Position numbers and translations under genes: made by a program. A stretch of 53,272 nt of DNA from NCBI GenBank assembly GCA_963575745.1, contig CAUYUJ010000331.1, forward strand, positions 62,001 through 115,272, read 5' to 3'. Below are positions 43,901 to 53,272 of this stretch, in pieces. The DNA is from Prorocentrum cordatum. Taxonomy: Eukaryota. Under the pieces are notes generated by a model. That model searched no databases, was not told the origin of the DNA, and was given only the letters and a program-made list of their open reading frames with translations. Numbering within the stretch: position 1 is the first letter of the stretch; each line of letters starts with the position of its first letter.

Positions 43901-46900
43901 GCAGACCGAGTTCCGAGCTCTCGGTTCGACGAACAAACGCGCCTGATGTCTCGGAATCGATTTCTGTGACCAGCAGCACTCTAGCCCTCCCCCAGCACGA
44001 TTTAAGTACAGAAAACCAAGAGCACTTCTCAAGATGACTCGAACAATACCAATAGGATTGCGAACCTAGCTCGGGGAACAGGCCGATTTCAGAGCTCTTG
44101 ATTCAACAAACGAACACGCCTGATAATTCTCAATCGATTTCTGTGATTAACAGCTCTGTGGCTGTCCTACAGATCGAGTTAAGTACGAAAAACCGAGAGC
44201 GTCTGCTAGAATGATTCGAATAATACGAATAGGTTTGCGACCCTAGCTCGGCTATCAGACCGAGTTCAGGCCTCTGGATTCAACAGGCGAACGCGCGTGA
44301 TCATTCTGAATGCATTAGCTGTGCTGACCAGCTCTGTAGTTGTTCTGAACCTCGAGTTATCTTGAGAAAACCGACAGCGCGACTCGAAACGGCCGTTCCC
44401 GCCTGCCTGCTTTTTGGCCTTCAAAGTTACCCGATCGAGCTGAGATCAAGATGGCGAGCGGGAATAAGATCGAATATCATGGGAAAAAATACTAGAGCTC
44501 TAACGAATTGTCAAATTTTGAGAACAAAATTTTCAACCGACCAAAAGTCATCAAAAGGTCCGTCGAGATTTTTCTTGCCAACTAGCTCTCCAGCGCTCCG
44601 GAATTACTCTGAAGCTTCCAGCAATAACTTGCGAAGGGAAGCTCTACGAGTTACTAGCTCCACCCCGCGCCGGAATTCCTCTAGCTCATCGATGACGAAG
44701 AGCTCTACGAGGTACTTGCTAAGGGAAGCTCTACGAGTTACTTGCTAAGGGAAGCTTTACGAGTTACTCTTGCGAGGCGCTGCGAGGATCGTGGACTGGC
44801 AAAGATGGGCTGCTGGCGGGCACCACCACCGTCCGGCGTCTAATCTAACTGGGCGCCGGCGGTAAACCGTCAACCTTTCTTACCGCCGGGGGACTCGTAG
44901 AGCTTCCTGACAGTATATAGTGTGGGAAAAAACTCCAAAGAACGACTAGTTTTTCAGCCCAAGCGATTTCAGACCTCTAAAGATGACTCTAACCAAAAAA
45001 GAAACAGTTTCGCAACCCAGTTCGAGTATCGAACCGAGTTCAGGCCTCTGAATGCGACAGGCGGGCGCGTCTGATGTCTGCGAATCCACTCATGTGATTC
45101 CCAGCCCTGCAGCTCCCCTACAGCCCGAGTTAAGTGCAGAAAACCGACAGTATCGACTCGAATGATAGAATAGTTTCGCGGACCTAGTTCGAGCAGAAGA
45201 CCGAGTTCCGAACTCTCGAATCGACCAACAGACGCGCCTGATGTGTGCAAATCGATATCTGTGACCCGCAGCACTGTAGCCATCCCCCAGCACGAGTTGA
45301 GTGCAGAAATTGAGAGCACTTCTCAAGATGATTCGGACAATACGAATAGTTTCGCGAATCTAGCTCGGGCAGCAGGCCGAGTTCAGAGCTCGCGATTCGA
45401 TAGACGAACGCGACTGATGATTCCCCATTGATCTCTGTGACAATGAGTCCTGTAGCTGCCCTACAGCTCGAGTTAACAGAAAACCGAGAACGTCTGTCAA
45501 GACGACTCGACTAATACGAATAGGTTTGCGGACCTAGCTCGGCTAGCAGACCGAGTTCAGACCTCTGGATTCAACAGACGAACACGCCTAATAATTCTGA
45601 ATGCGATAATTGTGCTTACCAGCTCTGTAGCGGTCCTACAGCTCGAGTTGAGTACAGAAAACCGAGAGCGTCTGTCAAGACGACTCGACTAATACGAATA
45701 GATTTGCGAACCTAGCTCGACTAGGAGACCGAGTTCAGACCTCTGGATTCAACAGGCGAACGCGCCTGATAATTCTGCATGCGATAGGTGTGATTACCAG
45801 CTCTTTAGCTGCCCTACAGCTCGAGTTAAGTACAGAAAACCGAGAGCGTCTCTCGAGACGACTCGAATAATACGGATAGGTTTGCGGACCTAGCTCGGCT
45901 AGCAGACTGAGTTCAGACCTCTGGATTCAACAGCCGAACGCGCCTCATCATTCTGGCTGCATTAGCTGTGCTGGCCAGCTCTGTAGTTGTCCTGAAGCTC
46001 GAGTTATCTTCAGAAAGCCGACAGCGCGTATCAAGATGACTCGAAACGGTCGTTCCCGCCGGGACGCTTTTTGGCCTTCAAAGTTACCCGATCGAGCTGA
46101 GATCAAGATGGCGAGCGGGAATAAGATCGAATATCACGGGAAAAAATACTAGAGCTCTAACGAATGGTCAAATTTCGAGAAGGAAATTTTCAACCGACCA
46201 AAAGTCAGCAAAAGGTCCGTCGAGATTTTTCTTGCCAACTAGCTCTCCAGCGCTCCGGAAGTACTCTCTAGCTTCCAGCAATAACTGGGCGCCGGCGGTA
46301 AACCGTCAACCTTGGTTACCGCCGGGGAACTCGTAGAGCTTCCAAGCTCGACTTAAGTTGAGAAAACCGAGAGCACCTATCAACATTCTGACTCATAGTG
46401 AATATTTTTTGACCTCTGAATGCGACAAGCGGACGCGTCTGATCAGACCGAGTTCAGACCTCTCAATGCGACAGGCGGACGCGTCTGATGTCTGCGAATC
46501 GACTCATGTGATTACCAGCCCTGCAGCCCCCCTACAGCCCGAGTTAAGTGCAGAAAACCGACAGCATCTCTCAGGATGACTCGAATAATATAATAGTTTC
46601 GCAGACCTGTTTCGAGCAGCAGACCAAGTTCTGAGCTCTCGAATCGACCAACGAACGCGCCTGATGTGTGCAAATCGATTTCTATGACCCGCAGCACTGT
46701 AGCCCTCCCCCAGCACGAGTTGAGTGCAGAAAATTGAGAGCACTTTTCACGATGATTCGGACAATACGAATAGGTTCGCGAACCTAGCTCGGGCAGCAGG
46801 CCGAGTTCAGAGCTCTCGATACAACAGACAAACGCGTCCGATACATCTCAATCGATCTCTGTGACTGTAGGCTCTGTAGCTGCCTACAGCTCGAGTTAAG

Positions 46901-46958
46901 TACAGAAATTACCGAGAGCGTTTGTCAAGATGACTCCAATAATACGAATAGTTTTGCG

Positions 46959-47650
46959 GACCTAGCTCGTCTAGCAGACCGAGTTCAGACCCCTGGATCC
47001 GACAGGCGAACGCGCCTGATGATTCTGAGTGCGATAGGTGTGCTTATCAGTTCTGTAGCTGCCCTGCAGCTCGAATTCAGTACAAAATACCGACAACGCG
47101 TATCAAGTTGACTCGAATACTACGAATAGGTTTGAGGACCTAGCTCAGCTAGCACACTAATTTCAGCCCTATCGATTCAACAGGCGAACGCGCCTGATGA
47201 TTCTGAGGGCGATAGGTGTGCTTACCAGCACTGTAGCTGCCCTACAGCTCGAGTTAAGTAGAAAATAGCGACAACGCGTATGAAGTCGACTCGAATAATA
47301 CGAATAGGTTTGCGGACCTAGCTCGACTAACAGACCGAGTTCAGACCTATGGATTCAACAGACGAACGCGCCTGATGATTCTGAGTGCGATCAGGGTGCT
47401 TACCAGCACTATAGCTGCCGTACGGCTCGAGTTAAAGAGCAAATATCGACAACGCGTATCGAGTTGACTCGAATAATACGAATAGGTTTGCGGACCTAGC
47501 TCGGCTAGCAGACCGAGTTCAGACCTCTGGATTCAACAGACGAACGCGCCTGATCATTCTCAGTGCGATAGCTGTGCTTACCAGCTCTGTAGCTGATCTA
47601 GAGCTCGAGTTAAGTACAAAATACCGACAGCGTGTATCAAGATAACTCGA
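46959..47650. repeat. 178-bp tandem repeat inside an L element (representative array)
   Basis: GACCTAGCTC starts at 46959, 47137, 47315 and 47493, a period of 178. Confidence 0.95.
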
Positions 47651-49140
47651 AACGACCGATCCCGCCACTGTGCTTTTTGGCCTTCAATGTTACCCGATCG
47701 AGCTGATATCAAGATGGCGAGCGGGAACTGGGCGCCGGCGGTAAACCGTCAACCTTTGTTACCGCCGGGGGACTCGTAGAGCTTCCTGACAAGATAAAAT
47801 GTCGAAAAACAATGCAGAGAACGAATAGTTTTTTAGCCCAACTCGAGTATCAGACAGAGTTCAGACCTCTCAATGCGACAGACGGACGCGTCTGATGTCT
47901 CCGAATCGATTCCTGTGATTAACCGCCCTGCAGCCCCCCTACAGCCCGAGTTGAGTGCAGAACGCCGACAGTAGCTCTCAAGATGACTGGAAGAATACGA
48001 ACAGTTTCGTGATTCTGGATCGCGCAGCAGACCGAGTTCAGAGCTCTGGATTCAACAGCCGAACGCGCCTGATTATTCTGAGTGTGATAGGTGTGCTTAC
48101 CAGCACTGTAGCTGGCCTAGAGCTCGAGATAAGTAGAAAATACCGACAACGCGTATCAAGTTGACTCGAATAATACGAATAGGTTTGCGGACCTAGCTCG
48201 GCTAGCAGACCGAGTTCAGACTTATGGATTCAACAGGCGAGCGCGCCTGATGATTCTGCGTGCGATAGGTGTGCTTACCAGCACTGTAGCTGCCCTACAG
48301 CTCGAGTTAAGTAGAAAATACCGACAACGCGTATCAGCTTGACTCGAATACTACGAATAGGTTTGCGGACCTAGCTCGGCTAGCAGACCGAGTTCAGACC
48401 TATGGATTGAACAGGCGAACGCGCCTGATGATTCTGAGTGCGATAGCTGTGCTTACCAGCACTGTTGGCTGATATCAAGATGGCGAGCGGAAATTCCGGA
48501 ATTACTCTCTAGCTTCCAGCAATAACTTGCTAAGGGAAGCTCTACAAGTTAAACCCTTTAGCTCTCAGACAGCTCCCCGGGAGAAACCCGGAAAGCAAAA
48601 AGGACACGCTCTGAAACTGGGCGCCGGCGGTAAACCGTCAACCTTTCTTACCGCCGGGGGACTCGTAGAGCTTCCTGACAATATATAGTGTAGGAAACAA
48701 CTCCAAAGAACGACTAGTTTTTCAGCCCAAGCGATTTCAGACCTCTCAAGATGACCCTAAAAAAAAAACAATTTCGCAACCCAGTTCGAATATCAAACCG
48801 AGTTCAGACCTCTGAATGCGACAGGCGGGCGCGTCTGATGTCTGCAAATCGACTCATGTGATTCCCAGCCCTGCAGCCCCTCTACAGCCCGAGTTATGTG
48901 CAGAAAACCGACAGTATCGACTCGAATAATAGAATAGTTTCGCGACCTAGTTCGAGCAGCAGACCGAGTTCTGAGCTCTGGAATCGACCGCGAGACGCGC
49001 CTGATGTGTGCAAATCGATATCTGTGACCCGCAGCACTGTAGCCCTCCCCCAGCACGAGTTGAGTGGAGAAAATTCAGAGCACTTCTCAAGATGATTCGG
49101 AGAATACGAATAGTTTCGCGAACCTAACTCGGGCAGCAGG

Positions 49141-50554
49141 CCGAGTTCAGAGCTCTCGGTTCAATAGACGAACGCGACTGATGATGCCCCATCGATGTCT
49201 GTGACAATGAGCCCTGTAGCTGTCCTAGAGCTCGAATTAAGTACAGAAAACCGAGAGCGTCTGTCAAGATGACTCGAATAATACGAATAGGTTTGCGAAC
49301 CTAGCTCGGCTAGCAGACCGAGTTCAGACCTCTAGATTCAACAGGCGAACGCGCCTGATGATTATGAATGCGATAGGATGTGCTTACCAGCTCTGTAGCT
49401 GCCCTACAGCACGAGTTGAGTACAAAAAACCGAGAGCGTCTGCTACAATGACTCGAATAATACGAATAGGTTTGCGACCCTAGCTCGGCTAGCAGACCGA
49501 GTTCAGACCTCTCGATTCAACAGGCGAACGCGCCTGATCATTCTGAATGCATTAGCTGTGCTGACCAGCTCTGTAGTTGTCCTGAAGCTCGAGTTATCTT
49601 GAGAAAACCGACAGCGCGTATCAAGATGACTCGAAACGGCCGTTCCCGCCCGTGTGCTTTTTGGCCTTCAAAGTTACCGATCGAGCTGAGATCAAGATGG
49701 CGAGCGGGAATAAGATCGAATATCATGAGAAAAAATACTAGAGCTCTAACGAATTGTCAAATTTCGAGAACAAAATTTTCAACCGACCAAAAGTCACCAA
49801 AAGGTCCGTCGAGATTTTTCTTGCCAACTAGCTCTCCAGCGCTCCGGAATTACTCTTAAGCTTCCAGCAATAACTTGCTAAGGGAAGCTCTACGCCGAGT
49901 TCAGAGCTCTCGGTTCAATAGACGAACGCGACTGATGATGCCCCATCGATGTCTGTGACAATGAGCCCTGTAGCTGTCCTAGAGCTCGAATTAAGTACAG
50001 AAAACCGAGAGCGTCTGTCAAGATGACTCGAATAATACGAATAGGTTTGCGGACCTAGCTCGGCTAGCAGACCGAGTTCAGACCTCTGGATTCAACAGGC
50101 GAATGCGCCTGATGATTCTGAATGCGATAGGATGTGCTTACCAGCTCTGTAGCTGCCCTACAGCTCGAGTTGAGTACAAAAATACCGACAGCGCGCTATC
50201 AATGACTCGAATAATACGACTAGGTTTGCGACCTAGCTCGGCTAGCAGACCGAGTTCAGACCTCTCGATTCAACAGGCGAACGCGCCTGATCATTCTGAA
50301 TGCATTAGCTGTGCTGACCAGCTCTGTAGTTGTCCTGAAGCTCGAGTTATCTTGAGAAAACCGACAGCGCGTATCAAGATGACTCGAAACGGCCGTTCCC
50401 GCCCGTGTGCTTTTTGGCCTTCAAAGTTACCGGATCGAGCTGAGATCAAGATGGCGAGCGGGACTAAGATCGAATATCATGAGAAAAAATACTAGAGCTC
50501 TAACGAATTGTCAAATTTCGAGAACAAAATTTTCAACCGACCAAAAGTCACCAA
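49141..50554. repeat. Local duplication with 754-bp offset (49141-~49800 vs 49895-~50554)
   Basis: CCGAGTTCAGAGCTCTCGGTTCAATAGACGAACGCGACTGATGATGCCCC starts at 49141 and 49895, with continued near identity. Confidence 0.85.
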
Positions 50555-53272
50555 ACTGGAGCTGGCGGTGAACCGTCAACCTGGCCACCGCCGGGAACCT
50601 CGTAGAGCTCCGTCCACGCGTGAGAGTGTTTAGAATCGACAGAGAGGGCTTCTGGAAGCATTTTGCGAAAACGGCAACATTGATTTTTTTCATGCTGATA
50701 TGCAGTTGGTTCCGCCAAATGTTTTGATAGTAAATGTGCGCCTACAGAGCTTATATTAAGACGCAGAGGCCCTCATAATCGTTCACAGGTGCGAAAAATC
50801 TGCTTTCTCAAAATAAATTGTCAAATATCTTCCAAACGTTAGCAAAACCGACCAAAAGTTGTCACATTGTCTCTTCTGGTCGAATCGACCAACTGGGCGC
50901 CGGCGGTAAACCGTCAACCTTTCTTACCGCCGGGGGACTCGTAGAGCTTCCTGACAATATATAATGTGGAAAAGAATTTCAGAAAACGACTAGTTTTTCA
51001 GTCCAAGCAGTTATAGACCTCTCAAGACTCTAACAAAACAAACGAACAGTTTTCCAATCAAGCTCGAGTATGAAACCGAGTTGAGACCTCTGAATGCGAC
51101 AGGCGAACGCGCTCATGTCTGCGGATCAATTCCTCTGATTACCAGCTTTCCAGCCCCCATACTGCCTGAGTTAAGTGTAGAAAACCGAGAGTACCTCTCA
51201 GGATGACTCGAATAATACGGCAGTTTCGCGGATCTCGTTCGAGCAGCAGACCGAGTTCCGAACTCTCGGTTCGACGAACAGACGCGTCTGATGTCTCGCA
51301 ATCGATTCCTGTGACCAGCAGCACTGTAGCCCTCCCCCAGCACGATTTCAGTACAGAAAACCGAGAGCTTTTCTCAAGATGACTCGAACAATACCAATAG
51401 GTTTCCGAACCTAGCTCGGGTTGCAGGCCGAGTACAGAGCTCTAGACTCGACAGACGAACGCGCCTGATAATTTCGAATCGATTTCTGTGATTATCAGCT
51501 CTGTGGCTGCCCTACAGATCGAGTTAAGTACGAAAACCGAGAGCGTCTGCTACAATGACTCGAATAATACGAATAGGTTTGCGACCCTAGCTCGGCTAGC
51601 AGACCGAGTTCAGACCTCTGGATTTAACAGGCGAACGCGCCTGATCATTCTGGATGCATTACCTGTGCTGACCAGCTCTGTAGCTGTCCTGAAGCTCGAG
51701 TTATCTTGAAAAAACCGACAGCGCGTATCAAGATGACTCGAAACGGCCGTTCCCGCCCGTGTGCTTTTTGGCCTTCAAAGTTACCCGATCGAGCTGAGAT
51801 CAAGATGGCGAGCGGGAATAAGATCGAATATCATGAGAAAAAATACTAGAGCTCTAACGAATTGTCAAATTTCGAGAACAAAATTTTCAACCGACCAAAA
51901 GTCACCAAAAGGTCCGTCGAGATTTTTCTTGCCAACTAGCTCTCAGCTCCCCGGAATGCGCCGGTGGTGACGAGGGAGGGTCAACGGTGTCCCTATGTGC
52001 TCCTCGTAGAGCTCCTTCCACTGGTAAGATTGCTGAGAATCGACATATAGTCAAAAAATAGAGATTTTTCGAAAATAATAATTTTTGATTTTTTCCAATG
52101 TTCATATTCGCCTGGTTCCCGGAAGTCAACTCCTGCAAAAATGCATCAGCAGAGCTGAGCTGCTGTCAGAGAGAAGTTTATATGCCAATGCGACGCGCAA
52201 AAATCTGCTTTTTAAAAATGAATTGTCAAATATCTTTCAAAAAATTGCAAAACCACCCAACAGTTATCACTTTGTCCTTTCTGGCCGGGTCGACCAACTA
52301 GCTCCACCCCGCGCCGGAATTCCTCTAGCTCATCGATGTCGAAGAGCTCTACGAGGTATTACTCTTAAGCTTCCAGCAATAACTTGCTAAGGGAAGCTCT
52401 ACGAGTTACTAGCTCCACCCTGCGCCGGAATTCCTCTAGCTGATCGATGCCGAAGAGCTCTACGACGTAAGGTCCGTCGAGACTGGGCGCCGGCGGTAAA
52501 CCGTCAACCTTTCTTACCGCCGGGGGACTCGTAGAGCTTCCTGACAACATATAATGTCGAAAGAAATTGCACAGAAAAAATAGCTTTTCAGCCCAGGCAA
52601 TTTGAGAGCTCTCGGATGCAACAGCCGAACGCCCCCGATGCTTCTAGATTCTCTTCTGTACGAGCTCTGTAGCTCTCCTACCTTCCGAGTTACGTAAATC
52701 GACTGCACCTCTCAAAATGACTCGCACAATACGACCAGTTTTTGCAAACCTAGTTCGAGTATCAGACCGAGTTCAGACCTCTGCATGCGACAGGCGGACG
52801 CCTCTAATGTCTCGGAATCGATCCCTGTAATAACCAGCCCTGCAGCCCCCCTGCTGCCGAGTGAAGTGGAGGAAACCGACAGCACCTCTCAGGATTACTC
52901 GAACAATACAAATAGTTTCGCAGACCTAGTTCGGGGAACAGACCGAGTTGGGAGCTCTTGATTCGGCAGGCGAACGCGCCTGATGTCTGCGAATCGATTC
53001 CAGATTACCAGCTATGCAGCCCCCCCTACAGGTCGAGTTAAGTGCAGAGAACCCACAACATCTCGCAAGCGACTCGAACAATATGAATAGTTTCGCGACT
53101 CTAGATCGGGCAGCAGATCGAGTTCAGAGCTCTCGATTGGCCAGACAACGGCCATTGATGATTCCGAATCAGATTCTGCACGTATGAGCTCCATGGCTGC
53201 CCTACAGATCGAGTTAAGTACGAAAAACCGAGAGCGTCTGTTACAATGACTCGAATAATACGAATAGGTATG

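Larger units (their letters stand above)
26490..53272 (-). mobile_element. Large nest of co-oriented non-autonomous Helitron2-like elements (S1, S2, L and U families)
   Basis: Hairpin termini at 27676, 30568, 30904, 32401, 32798, 34062, 34568, 35208, 36189, 39655, 40921, 42181, 43204, 43543, 44849, 46285, 47728, 48617, 50893, 52483 and others. The opposite termini read GCTCTACGAGNYA. No transposase ORF is present. Confidence 0.85.

Noticed and set aside
46959..47650. Hammerhead ribozyme/retrozyme in the 178-bp unit (CTGATGA present)
   Set aside because: The motif varies freely between units (CTGATAA, CTGATCA, CTGATGT), and I found no stem II followed by GAAA in the required position.
28455..53194. 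Short recurrent ORFs of 60-216 aa in the element nest
   Set aside because: They recur only because the DNA is repeated. Frames are broken between copies, the 178-bp period is not a multiple of 3, and I saw no HUH, helicase or transposase motifs.
26490..53272. CRISPR array or integron-like cassette array suggested by the recurring palindromic motif
   Set aside because: The intervening DNA is hundreds of bp of repeated element body, not unique spacers or ORF cassettes. There is no cas or integrase gene, the context is eukaryotic, and nesting explains the pattern.
30568..53272. Telomeric HeT-A-like head-to-tail array of 5'-truncated retroposons
   Set aside because: There are no poly(A) tails, and in the cases traced the apparently truncated ends reappear downstream, which shows internal insertion rather than terminal addition.

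Overview
Eukaryotic, gene-free and almost entirely repeat-derived DNA, most likely from a dinoflagellate. The clues are a 400-bp LSU rRNA D3 fragment at ~17110-17509 and a spliced-leader-like GGCTCAAG at a retroelement 5' end. Two mobile-DNA systems are interlocked. (1) A large, strand-polarised Russian-doll nest of short non-autonomous elements from at least three families. Each has a 5' T, asymmetric terminal inverted repeats, a 3' GC-rich hairpin ending CCAG (two main families) and no target-site duplication, which is a Helitron2/Helentron-like rolling-circle architecture. One family carries internal 178-bp tandem repeats. (2) APE-RT LINEs: one intact copy at 9396-15275 (minus strand, 11-bp TSD) and two decayed copies. 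Two different LINE families are inserted at the same nucleotide of that 3' hairpin. These LINEs have a WADN instead of YADD RT motif and an apparently circularly permuted C-terminal RNase H, and in the intact copy ORF1 and ORF2 are in frame and separated by a single TGA. The middle (17.5-26.5 kb) holds an alternating purine-pyrimidine repeat domain, microsatellites and 49-bp and 22-bp minisatellites. Nearly all short ORFs in the track are artefacts of repeats. All assignments are by eye from motifs; no searches were run.
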